From contig JAJYLD010000001.1 in the NCBI GenBank assembly GCA_021788015.1, positions 145,581 through 209,580 on the forward strand: 64,000 nt of DNA, written 5' to 3'. This DNA comes from a bacterium. Lineage in GTDB: Bacteria; Patescibacteriota; Patescibacteriia; Patescibacteriales; JAKAJF01. Below are positions 36,384-44,960 of this stretch, in pieces (position 1 is the stretch's first letter; every line of letters starts with the position of its first letter). The position numbers were made by a program, and so were the translations under genes. The notes beneath the pieces were generated by a model. It was not told the origin of the DNA. It did no database searches and was given only the letters and a program-made list of their open reading frames with translations.

Positions 36384-37829
36384 ATGGCGCAAAAATGGTT
36401 TACTTTAAAAAGAAACGCAACATTGCATCATGTAGTTCCTATCTCTAAAAGTATTGTCACAAACCTTAAAGATTTAATTGGCATAGGTTTTAACAAGCAT
36501 GCATGTATTTTTAAAAACGGCGAGCAACTAAGTTGGAATTATGAAGTAAAGGGCTTGGATCAAGTTGCAAATTTTATGTTGCAAAATTTAAACTATGAAT
36601 TTAATTATAATATAGAAAAAAAATGGAGATTTTATGCCAATACTTTAGAAAAAATTTTTAAAAAATTAGAAAAAATCAAAATAGATAAAATTTCGGATAA
36701 AGTATTAAACCAAATTTATAGTGATTTGATGCATAATCTTGAAATTGAGAGCGCGTATGGAACATTGAGTGATTTTTTGAGCAGCGATTTGATTAAAAAT
36801 AAAGTTATCGAGCATTTAAAAAATATTCCGAATATCAAATCAAGTGATTTAGATAGAATGTTGGGAGTTGCTACGATTTCAATTTTTAAATCTCCTTATG
36901 CTCGCGAGCAAGAAGAAATTTTTAAATTAGCTATTAAAAAAGGAAGCGGAGAAAATATAAACAAAAAAATAGAAGAGCATGCAAACAAGTATTGGTTTAT
37001 TCAAAACGATTACAAAGATTCTTTTAAATTAACCGACGATTATTTTCGTAGCCAAATTAAATCACTTTTAAAGAATAAAAATATTTTAAAAGATTATGAG
37101 GAATCGATAAAAAAACCGCTTAGCTTGGTGAGTGAAAAAAAGAAATTAATTCAGACTGCGAAAAAAGCGGATATTGGATTTTATGAATTGTTAAGGATGA
37201 TCGATATCCATGTAAAATTATGGGATTTAAAAAAAGTAGTGATGCAAAAGTCTTTCTATTATTTAGATTTACTTTTGAAAGAAATCGCTCTAAGGTTCAA
37301 CTTATCATTTGAAGATATAAAATGGCTGTCTCCCGAAGAGGTATTATTGTTATTTAAAAATAAAAAAATCAAAAATATAAAATCCAGAAAAAATAGTTGC
37401 ATTTTGCTTGTACAAACCGGAAGTATTAATATTTTAACCGGCGTAAAAGCAAAGCAAATTATTAAAAAAGTGGAAGGAAAAATTCCGAAGGATTTAAAAG
37501 AATTAAAAGGGCAAATAGGAAATCTCGGCAAAATAAAGGGAAGGGTAAAAAAAATTTTTGATCCGAAGAATGGAAAAATTAATCAGGGCGAGATATTAGT
37601 AACTGGAATGACAACCCCGGATTTTATTTCATTAATGAAAAAGGCCGGAGCTTTTATTACCGACGAGGGAGGAATTACATGTCATGCCGCGATTGTGGCA
37701 CGAGAACTTAACAAGCCCTGTGTCATTGGCACTAAAATCGCAACGAAAGTTTTAAAAAACGGCGATCTGGTCGAAGTTGACGCGAATAAAGGGGTAGTAA
37801 AAATTTTAAAACATGGAAAAAATAAATAA
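36384..37829 (+). CDS. S8: divergent N-domain plus PEP-utilizer swivel domain
   Basis: GKIKGRVKKI...GEILVTGMTTPDFISLMKKAGAFITDEGGITCHAAIVARELNKPCVIGTKIATKVLKNGDLVEVDANKGVVKILK. N-domain landmark LLKEIALRFNLSFEDIKWLSPEEV. Confidence 0.85.
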   Translation: MAQKWFTLKRNATLHHVVPISKSIVTNLKDLIGIGFNKHACIFKNGEQLSWNYEVKGLDQVANFMLQNLNYEFNYNIEKKWRFYANTLEKIFKKLEKIKIDKISDKVLNQIYSDLMHNLEIESAYGTLSDFLSSDLIKNKVIEHLKNIPNIKSSDLDRMLGVATISIFKSPYAREQEEIFKLAIKKGSGENINKKIEEHANKYWFIQNDYKDSFKLTDDYFRSQIKSLLKNKNILKDYEESIKKPLSLVSEKKKLIQTAKKADIGFYELLRMIDIHVKLWDLKKVVMQKSFYYLDLLLKEIALRFNLSFEDIKWLSPEEVLLLFKNKKIKNIKSRKNSCILLVQTGSINILTGVKAKQIIKKVEGKIPKDLKELKGQIGNLGKIKGRVKKIFDPKNGKINQGEILVTGMTTPDFISLMKKAGAFITDEGGITCHAAIVARELNKPCVIGTKIATKVLKNGDLVEVDANKGVVKILKHGKNK

Positions 37830-37840
37830 AATTAAGAATT

Positions 37841-38773
37841 ATGAAATTTAATAAATTAGTTTTATACGATTTAAAAACGAGTCCGCTTGAAAAAGACTTT
37901 GTTGATAAGCTGAAAAAATTTTCAAAATCAGTAAAAATTGTATTTGCCAAAGGTGAATATGAAAGAGCTTTGAAACCGAAAGATTTAGAGGGAGTAGACG
38001 CGTTAATAATTAGGCCTTTCGATTTTTATAAAGATGATTTATTTAAAAAATCAAATTTAAAATATATAGGCACGATGCATACGGATATTTCTCATTTCAA
38101 TAAAAATTTTTTAAAGGAGAAGGGAATTACCATAACGAATGTCGCCGGATATTCGACGGAAGCAGTTGCCGAATTGACTATTTCGGCTCTTTTAAACATA
38201 TCGAGACGAACTCATGAAGGCATGAATTATGTTAAAAATGGTCATTGGGGATTCGAAAAATTCATGGGATGGGAATTAAAAGGAAAAACTTTGGGAATTA
38301 TCGGATTGGGAAATATCGGGAAAAGAGTGGCTGAGATTGCGCAAGCATTCGGGTTGAAAATAATTTATTTTTCACCGACAAGAAAAAAAGAATTGGAAAA
38401 AGTGGGCATTAAATACAAAACATTGGAGATTTTATTAAAAGAAAGCGATATCGTAAGCTTGCATTGTTCCTTGAATGAAAAAACAAAAAATATTTTAAAT
38501 AAATCGAATTTGAAATTATTGAAGCATGGAGCCGTGCTGTTAAATTCCGCGCGTTCTGAGCTGGTTGATTTAGGCGCGTTTTATGAATTATGCAAAAGCA
38601 AAAAGATTTCCGCATGGTTTGAAGCCATTGAAGATGAAAAAATAAGAAATAAATTTAGAAAATTGGACAATGTTTTTCTTACGCCTCATTTCGGCTGGAT
38701 GACAATAGAGGCGCAGCAAAGATTAAGAGAGGCCACTTTAGAAAATATTGAGAATTTTTTAAAACGAAGTTAA
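37841..38773 (+). CDS. D-isomer-specific 2-hydroxyacid dehydrogenase family protein
   Basis: NAD fold GKTLGIIGLGNIGKRVA, SDIVSLHCSLNEKT, LLNSARSELVD, LTPHFGW (catalytic His region). Confidence 0.85.
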   Translation: MKFNKLVLYDLKTSPLEKDFVDKLKKFSKSVKIVFAKGEYERALKPKDLEGVDALIIRPFDFYKDDLFKKSNLKYIGTMHTDISHFNKNFLKEKGITITNVAGYSTEAVAELTISALLNISRRTHEGMNYVKNGHWGFEKFMGWELKGKTLGIIGLGNIGKRVAEIAQAFGLKIIYFSPTRKKELEKVGIKYKTLEILLKESDIVSLHCSLNEKTKNILNKSNLKLLKHGAVLLNSARSELVDLGAFYELCKSKKISAWFEAIEDEKIRNKFRKLDNVFLTPHFGWMTIEAQQRLREATLENIENFLKRS

Positions 38774-38809
38774 TTTTTTTCTGGATCCCGGATCAGGTTC
38801 GGGATGACA
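38774..38809. repeat. GAATGACA-family intercistronic hairpin
   Basis: TTTTTTTCTGGATCCCGGATCAGGTTCGGGATGACA, with stem ATCCCG/CGGGAT. Confidence 0.75.
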
Positions 38810-38814
38810 AAAAT

Positions 38815-40239
38815 ATGGAAAAAATACCAAAATATTTTTCAAATCTGCGATGCGAATTTACGCGACCGCATTCTGTTCAGCGGGATGAATTTGTGGCTTT
38901 GTCTTGCTCGATTCCGGGGAAAATGCGCATGGCTTCGATACCATATAAATTAGGAGCCAGAGCTATAAATTTTGATAAAGATGACGCGAAAATTTGTTAT
39001 GAAAAAATCATTAGAGGAATGATGAAAAATTATTCCCAATATGAAAAAATATATAAAAACTCAACAGAGGATTTGCACAAGGCGTCAAAAGCCGTCGCAA
39101 AATCTATCAAATTAACTAACAAGGAAAAAGCTAAAATTTTTCGCTGCTGGCTAAAAGCGCAAAAAAATTTTTTTATTCCAGTGGTTGCGCCCTTTGCGGT
39201 TGAATACACTCTTGACGATCAATGCCGAAAATTATTAAAGAACCGATTCGGAAATAGGGCGGAAGAAATTTTTTCAATTATTTCTTCTCCGACTAAAATT
39301 AATTTTTATCAAAAAATGCGTTTGGATATAGATAAAACTGTAATTTCAAAAAGAATAAATTATACTTCGATAGAAAAATTAATTGAAAAATATTCTTGGT
39401 ATGGTGAGTATTCATATGTCGAACCGCTTTTCGATGAAAAATATTTTCAAAAAGAGCTGGCTAAATTAACCAAAGAAAAAGCGATTGAAGAAAAGAATCA
39501 TATCCTCGGAGATGTTCGGAAAAATATAAAAGCATTTGTCGCTTTGCAGAAGAAAATAAAAGATCCGAAAATAAAAATAATGGCCAAAGTTTTGAATGAT
39601 TATACTTTTCTTCGAACAGATAGAGTCGAAAATTTTAAACTTGCGCAATCACGGGTACGCACCCTCTTTAAATTTATTGAAAAAGAATTGAATGGAAAAA
39701 CAAAAAACAAATGGACGCATTTTGATATAGCTAATTTCACTAATCAGGAAATACTCGATTTTCTTGAAAAAGGAAAAATTCCAAATAAAAAAGAAATAAA
39801 GAAGCGGGTTAGTCATAATTATATTTATTATTTCGACACCGAACCCCATTTTATTTACGATTCCAAAATTATTAAGGAGGCTCAAAAAATAATTGATGAA
39901 TCTGAAAAGAAAAATCAAGAAATAAAAGGTTTGATCGCTTTCAATGGAAATGTAAAGGGTAAAGTCGTTATGGTGTCTAGTAAAAATGATTTGTCAAAAG
40001 TAAAAAAAGGAATGGTTTTAGTTGCAAAGACAACTATGCCTGATTATACTTACGCCATGAGATTAGCGGCAGGATTTGTAACGGAAGAAGGAGGAATAAC
40101 ATCGCATGCCGCAATCATTGCTCGTGAACTTAAGAAACCTTGCATAGTCGGTACAAGAAATTGTACTAAAGTTCTAAAAAATGGGGATATGGTCGAAATT
40201 GACGCAAACAAGGGGGTTGTTAAAATTTTAAAGAAATAA
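38815..40239 (+). CDS. S9: divergent N-domain plus PEP-utilizer swivel domain
   Basis: GNVKGKVVMV...GMVLVAKTTMPDYTYAMRLAAGFVTEEGGITSHAAIIARELKKPCIVGTR...VEIDANKGVVKILKK. N-domain landmark EKYSWYGEYSYVEP. Confidence 0.85.
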   Translation: MEKIPKYFSNLRCEFTRPHSVQRDEFVALSCSIPGKMRMASIPYKLGARAINFDKDDAKICYEKIIRGMMKNYSQYEKIYKNSTEDLHKASKAVAKSIKLTNKEKAKIFRCWLKAQKNFFIPVVAPFAVEYTLDDQCRKLLKNRFGNRAEEIFSIISSPTKINFYQKMRLDIDKTVISKRINYTSIEKLIEKYSWYGEYSYVEPLFDEKYFQKELAKLTKEKAIEEKNHILGDVRKNIKAFVALQKKIKDPKIKIMAKVLNDYTFLRTDRVENFKLAQSRVRTLFKFIEKELNGKTKNKWTHFDIANFTNQEILDFLEKGKIPNKKEIKKRVSHNYIYYFDTEPHFIYDSKIIKEAQKIIDESEKKNQEIKGLIAFNGNVKGKVVMVSSKNDLSKVKKGMVLVAKTTMPDYTYAMRLAAGFVTEEGGITSHAAIIARELKKPCIVGTRNCTKVLKNGDMVEIDANKGVVKILKK

Positions 40240-40274
40240 TTTTTTTCTGGATTCCCGCCTGCGCGGGAATGACA
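40240..40274. repeat. GAATGACA-family intercistronic hairpin
   Basis: Identical to 29039-29073 (TTTTTTTCTGGATTCCCGCCTGCGCGGGAATGACA). Confidence 0.8.
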
Positions 40275-40916
40275 TTTTTCTTTTTTATGTATTTTTTAGA
40301 TTTACTTGGGACATTGGCATTTGCAATTTCAGGCGCTTTCAAGGCAAAGGGGAGGGCGCTTAATATTTTTGGCGTGGTTTTCTTAGGAATCGTTACGGCC
40401 ATGGGCGGCGGCACCGTTCGCGACCTCATCATAAACCGAACGCCGTTATTTTACTTAAAAGATTTCAATTATTTACTGGTTGCGGTAATCGGTTCTATTC
40501 TGGCTTATTTTGTTCCTTCATTTTTTAAAAAACGCTATTCACTTTTTCGACTGCTTGATTCGATCGGTCTCGCCACTTTCGCCATTATTGGCGTGTCCGT
40601 TACTTATCATCATCTCTTCGGAAAATTTTCTTTGATTTCGCTTTTGGCCTCCGTATTCTTGGGCGTGCTTACCGCTTCCGGCGGCGGCATTTTGCGCGAT
40701 GCGATTGTCAGTGATATACCATTTGCACTGATGCACGGTTCGAATTACATCAAATCGGCATTCTGGGGCGCTTTGATTTTTTACGTTTTAATGTTCATGA
40801 ATTTGACTCTGGCCATTGTTGTATCCATGACTTTTGCTTTGTTCTTGCGAGAAGTCGCTTCTGAATATGGAATTTATAAAAAAGTGTTTAGAAATAATTT
40901 TACAAAAACATCTTAG
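40269..40916 (+). CDS. TRIC/UPF0126 family cation channel-like membrane protein
   Basis: Two internal repeats: LLGTLAFAISGAFKA...TAMGGGTVRDLI and SIGLATFAIIGVSV...TASGGGILRDAI. ATG 40269 lies inside the hairpin repeat, so ATG 40287 is an alternative start. Confidence 0.8.
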   Translation: MTFFFFMYFLDLLGTLAFAISGAFKAKGRALNIFGVVFLGIVTAMGGGTVRDLIINRTPLFYLKDFNYLLVAVIGSILAYFVPSFFKKRYSLFRLLDSIGLATFAIIGVSVTYHHLFGKFSLISLLASVFLGVLTASGGGILRDAIVSDIPFALMHGSNYIKSAFWGALIFYVLMFMNLTLAIVVSMTFALFLREVASEYGIYKKVFRNNFTKTS

Positions 40917-40929
40917 CGATTGCGTTTTG

Positions 40930-40988
40930 TTTTTTTCTGGATTCCCGCCTGCGCCAGCCTCGCCGAGTCTAGGCGGGCAGGAATGACG
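40930..40988. repeat. GAATGACA-family hairpin (expanded variant)
   Basis: TTTTTTTCTGGATTCCCGCCTGCGCCAGCCTCGCCGAGTCTAGGCGGGCAGGAATGACG. Confidence 0.7.
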
Positions 40989-40999
40989 ATTCATTTTTT

Positions 41000-41698
41000 A
41001 TGGAAATTATAAAAATAAGTGACAAAAATTTAATTAAGAAAACTGTCGAGTATTTAAAAATGGATGGAGTTGTTGTTTATCCGACCGATACGATTTACGG
41101 TATCGGTTGTTTGGCTACGGACAAAAATGCGATCAAAAAAATTTTTAAAATAAAACAGAGGGGAAAACAGAAAGGCATGATTATTTTGGTTGACAGCATA
41201 AAAATGGCAAAAAAATATTGCGAGATTTCAAAAGAACAAGAGAAAATACTGGAAGAGGTGTGGCTTTTAACGAAACCTCGCCCCAGCCCTCTCCTTAGTA
41301 AGGAGAGGGGGAAACTCCCTTTACCCTTTTTAACAAAAGGGGAGGCTGTTACCCTTATTCTTAAATCTCGCGGAATATTACCGAAAGAGTTGTCGGGCGG
41401 GAAGAAAACTCTCGCGGTTAGATTGCCAAAAAATGATTTTCTTATTAAACTTATAAAAAAGGCCGGCGCGCCGATCGTGTCGACAAGTTTAAACTTGAGC
41501 GGGGAAAAACCGCTTAAAAATGTGAAAGACCTTGAAAAAACTCTGCATGTGAACCTTTATTTTGGTTCTATCCGTAATAAAAAAATAGGGAATTTTAAAA
41601 AGAAAATAGACTTAGTAATCGATGCCGGAACTGTAAAGGGAAGGCCGTCGAGAGTGGCGGATATTCGAGATGTGGAGAAAATAAAAATAATAAGGTAA
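41000..41698 (+). CDS. tsaC: L-threonylcarbamoyladenylate synthase (YrdC/TsaC family) with an in-frame repeat insertion
   Basis: VVVYPTDTIYGIGC, LAVRLPKNDF, PIVSTSLNLSGEKP, IDLVIDAG. The conserved WPGPLT-type segment is split by about 22 aa, encoded by GC hairpin DNA at about 41272-41345. Confidence 0.8.
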   Translation: MEIIKISDKNLIKKTVEYLKMDGVVVYPTDTIYGIGCLATDKNAIKKIFKIKQRGKQKGMIILVDSIKMAKKYCEISKEQEKILEEVWLLTKPRPSPLLSKERGKLPLPFLTKGEAVTLILKSRGILPKELSGGKKTLAVRLPKNDFLIKLIKKAGAPIVSTSLNLSGEKPLKNVKDLEKTLHVNLYFGSIRNKKIGNFKKKIDLVIDAGTVKGRPSRVADIRDVEKIKIIR

Positions 41699-41817
41699 AT
41701 AAATTTAAAATTTTTAATTTTGTAATTTTTAAATAACATTCTAATTTTTAATTTCTAAGTTTAAAAATTTAGTCATTAAAAATTGTTTGGAAATTAAAAA
41801 TTATAAAATTGAAAATT
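41699..41817. repeat. AT-rich palindromic intergenic element
   Basis: Arms AATTTTTAATTTTGTAATTTTTAA and TTGGAAATTAAAAATTATAAAATTGAAAATT. The core TTAAAAATTTAGTCATTAAAAATTGTTT is shared with 48330-48442. Confidence 0.75.
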
Positions 41818-42645
41818 ATGTTAATTGATACTCATTCCCATGTGAATTTTAGCGCGTTCAAGGACGATGCCGACGCGGTGATACGAAGATCTCTTGAAAA
41901 CGAGACCTGGCTTATTAACGTGGGCTCGGATTATAAAACCTCAAGGCGCGCGCTCGAATATGCGAACAAATACGAAAAAGGCGTTTATGCCGCAATCGGA
42001 TTGCACCCGATCCATACCCAAGAAACGGAAGAAGACGGGATAAAAATTCATAAGGAAGAATTCAATTATGAATTTTACGAAAAATTGGCAAAATTCGAAA
42101 AAGTGATCGCTATAGGCGAAATCGGACTGGATTATTATCGCATTGATCCGGCCCAAGACGTTCATGCAATAAAAGAAAAACAAAAAGAAGTTTTTTACGA
42201 ACAATTAAAGTTGGCGGCGCTTTCGAATTTGCCAGTGATAATTCATTGCCGGCAGGCGCATGACGATCTTCTTGAAATTTTAAAGGATTTCAAAAAAGAA
42301 TTCAGAGATTATTTGCCCAAAAACAAACCGTGGGCGGTTATGCATTGTTTTTCCGGAGATGAAAACTTGGCATGGGAATATTTTTCGCTCGGGCTGATCG
42401 TTTCTTTTACCGGCTTAATCACATTTTCAAAACAATGGGACGATTTGATTCGTAAATTGCCCATGGATAAATTTATGGTCGAAACCGATTGCCCGTTTAT
42501 GACTCCGGAGCCGTTTCGAGGCCAGAGAAACGAACCAATGCTTGTGAAATATGTCGCGCAAAGGATTGCGGAAATTAAAAATTTGCCCGTCGAGAGGATC
42601 GCGGAAGCGACGACGGAAACGGCAAGGAAGTTTTTTAGTATATAG
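41818..42645 (+). CDS. tatD: TatD family metal-dependent hydrolase
   Basis: MLIDTHSHV, GEIGLDYY, VIIHCR, VMHCFSG, VETDCPFMTP. Confidence 0.9.
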   Translation: MLIDTHSHVNFSAFKDDADAVIRRSLENETWLINVGSDYKTSRRALEYANKYEKGVYAAIGLHPIHTQETEEDGIKIHKEEFNYEFYEKLAKFEKVIAIGEIGLDYYRIDPAQDVHAIKEKQKEVFYEQLKLAALSNLPVIIHCRQAHDDLLEILKDFKKEFRDYLPKNKPWAVMHCFSGDENLAWEYFSLGLIVSFTGLITFSKQWDDLIRKLPMDKFMVETDCPFMTPEPFRGQRNEPMLVKYVAQRIAEIKNLPVERIAEATTETARKFFSI

Positions 42646-42647
42646 CG

Positions 42648-42846
42648 GCTCCGCAGGGCCCTCCGCGGGCAAGCGGCCTCTTTTTTTAGAAAAAAGGGAC
42701 GCAAAAAAGCGCTCCCGTTGAAAAATTGCTAAATTTTTCCGGTATGCCTGACAAAATTTCAAACTCGCTCCCAACGTCGCTCAAACAGTGAAATTTTGTA
42801 ACGGCATTTCGAAAAAATTTTTAAAGCAATTTTTCAAAGGTCGCAA
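42648..42846 (+). repeat. 198-bp hairpin-dense intergenic repeat, copy 2
   Basis: Near-identical to 6163-6360. Begins 3 nt after the tatD TAG and ends 17 nt before the htrA ATG. Confidence 0.85.
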
Positions 42847-42862
42847 ATTATATTATTTAAAT

Positions 42863-43987
42863 ATGAGCAAATCAAAAATAACCAAAAAATTTTTAATCAT
42901 ATTAGCTTTTTTTCTTTTATTGTCAGGATCAACGTATTTCGCTGCCTTAAATTTTAGAACTGCAGCAGCCGGAAAGTTTCAATTGGACGAACAGGCGGCG
43001 ACGATAATGGCGATAAAAAAGACCATGCCCGCGGTCGTAAGCATAATTGTTTACGATGAAGAGAGCGTCGTTACTTATAATGTCGATACCGGCGACCAAA
43101 CTTCGGAAAAACAAAAGGTGGAAAAAGGCGAGGGCACGGGATTTTTAATCTCGTCGGACGGTTTGATTTTGACGAATAAACACGTTGTTGAAGCCGCCGA
43201 CAACGAAAGCACCGCGCAGTATCGTGTAATTTTGAATTCGGGAAAGCAATATTACGCGCAACTAATCGGTAAAGATCCCATTAACGATTTGGCGGTTATA
43301 AAAATTTTTGACAAGAATTTGCCCTATGTTAATTTGGGCGATAGCGACAAACTGCAAATCGGAACGACCGTAATCGCGATCGGCAACGCTTTGGGCCGCT
43401 ATCAAAACAGCGCCACCAAAGGAATCGTAAGCGGTTTGGGACGAAGCATCTACGCTTCCGATCAAGTCGGAAACGCCGAATCGCTCGACAATGTCATCCA
43501 AACCGACGCCCAAATCAATCTCGGAAATTCCGGCGGCCCTTTGATAAATCTCGACGGGAATGTCGTCGGCATAAACGTGGCCATGGACGAATCCGGATCG
43601 TCAATCGGTTTCGCCATTCCCATAAATGACGCCAAGCCGGTAATAACTTCCGTAAAACAATCAGGGATGATAATAAGGCCGAGATTGGGAATAAGCTATG
43701 TCATGATCACGCCTGAGTTGGTTCAAGATAAAAATCTGCCGCGCTCAAACGGCGCTCTTATTTCAAGCGACGGAACCAATCCGGCCGTCACGCCGGATTC
43801 GCCGGCAGACAAAGCCGGACTGGAGGAAGGGGATATAATTTTTGAAATAAACGGGATCAAACTGGAAGGTAAAAACACTCTGCTTTCGGTTGTGCAGAAA
43901 TACAAACCGGGAGATAAAATCGGCTTAAAAGTCCAGAGAGGAAACAAGGTTTTTATAAGAACCGTTGTTTTGGATCAATTTAAATAG
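42863..43987 (+). CDS. htrA: HtrA/DegP family serine protease with PDZ domain
   Basis: Canonical triad context: ILTNKHVV, INDLAVIKI, GNSGGPLINLDGNVVGIN. PDZ segment GLEEGDIIFEINGIKL. ATG 42863 is preferred because the ORF-track start lies in the repeat. Confidence 0.9.
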   Translation: MSKSKITKKFLIILAFFLLLSGSTYFAALNFRTAAAGKFQLDEQAATIMAIKKTMPAVVSIIVYDEESVVTYNVDTGDQTSEKQKVEKGEGTGFLISSDGLILTNKHVVEAADNESTAQYRVILNSGKQYYAQLIGKDPINDLAVIKIFDKNLPYVNLGDSDKLQIGTTVIAIGNALGRYQNSATKGIVSGLGRSIYASDQVGNAESLDNVIQTDAQINLGNSGGPLINLDGNVVGINVAMDESGSSIGFAIPINDAKPVITSVKQSGMIIRPRLGISYVMITPELVQDKNLPRSNGALISSDGTNPAVTPDSPADKAGLEEGDIIFEINGIKLEGKNTLLSVVQKYKPGDKIGLKVQRGNKVFIRTVVLDQFK

Positions 43988-44023
43988 TTTTGCGTAACAC
44001 GTAACGCATAACAGAATGAAATT

Positions 44024-44788
44024 ATGAAGCGAAATTTTTTGGCCAAATCATTTAATAAAATATCCGAATCTTACGATAGATATCGCCCGGGTTATCCGTT
44101 GGAATTGATAGATTACATTATAAAAACTTCTAAAATAAATAAGCGTTCAAAAATTTTAGAAATCGGATGCGGCACCGGCAAAGCAACCGCATTATTTTTA
44201 AGAAAGGGATTTCATGTTACAGCCGTTGAACCGGGGAAAAATCTGATTGAAGCGGCCCAAAAAAATTTAAATAAATATAAGGAAATTGATATAGTAAACA
44301 AAAAATTTGAAGCCGCGAAATTAAAAAGTGATTATTACGATTTGGTTTTTTCCGCCTCCGCTTTTCATTGGGTCGATCCGGAAATCGGTATCAAAAAATT
44401 GAAAAATATTTTAAAACCGGAAGGGTATTTTGCTTTCTTTTGGTCTCATACCGATTACGACCATTCTGAAGTTTGGAGAAAGATAAAAAAAGTTTTTCAA
44501 AAATACTATCACTTAAATAATTTTGCGGCAACCAATAATTCGCATTCAAATTTGGCTTTGCAAAAAATTAAGAATAGTAATTTTTTTAACAAAATAGAAT
44601 CTCGCGCTTTTCCGGTTTATGGAAGCATTAAACTAAAAGATTATTTTGAATTGATAAAAACATATTCATGGATAGCCGTTATGAATAAAAAAAGACAAAG
44701 CGAATTTATAAAAGAATTATCCGACTTTTTAAAAAAGGATTTAAATATAAAGAGAACAAATAAATTGATAATCGGCAGAAAAAGGTAA
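44024..44788 (+). CDS. class I SAM-dependent methyltransferase
   Basis: Motif I ILEIGCGTGKAT, post-I VTAVEPG, DLVFSASAFHW. Confidence 0.8.
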   Translation: MKRNFLAKSFNKISESYDRYRPGYPLELIDYIIKTSKINKRSKILEIGCGTGKATALFLRKGFHVTAVEPGKNLIEAAQKNLNKYKEIDIVNKKFEAAKLKSDYYDLVFSASAFHWVDPEIGIKKLKNILKPEGYFAFFWSHTDYDHSEVWRKIKKVFQKYYHLNNFAATNNSHSNLALQKIKNSNFFNKIESRAFPVYGSIKLKDYFELIKTYSWIAVMNKKRQSEFIKELSDFLKKDLNIKRTNKLIIGRKR

Positions 44789-44960
44789 CTTTCGCGAAAC
44801 TTGCGCTATCAAATGAGCGTATTATAATAATAGGAGAGCTGCAAAGCTTTCTTGTTTTTAAAAAGCGCCCTCCTTTATAAATGAGGGTTGGGAGGTTAAA
44901 GATAAATTCAGAAAATCACTCCCTAAATACCCCCCCCTTCAAGGGGGAGCAAAATGAAAT

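Noticed and set aside
24521-40239. Annotating the array genes as phosphoenolpyruvate synthase or pyruvate phosphate dikinase paralogs.
   Set aside because: Only the ~100-aa swivel domain is shared with those enzymes. The array genes lack the ATP-grasp motifs, which are present only in the 35414-36361 gene. No PEP/pyruvate-binding TIM-barrel domain exists anywhere in the window.
40220-40432. Minus-strand ORF ending ...NVIPAQAGIQKKIISLKF.
   Set aside because: It is antisense to the TRIC-family gene, and its C-terminus is simply the GAATGACA hairpin read in frame. PAQAGI/RGNDK-type peptides are a classic artefact.
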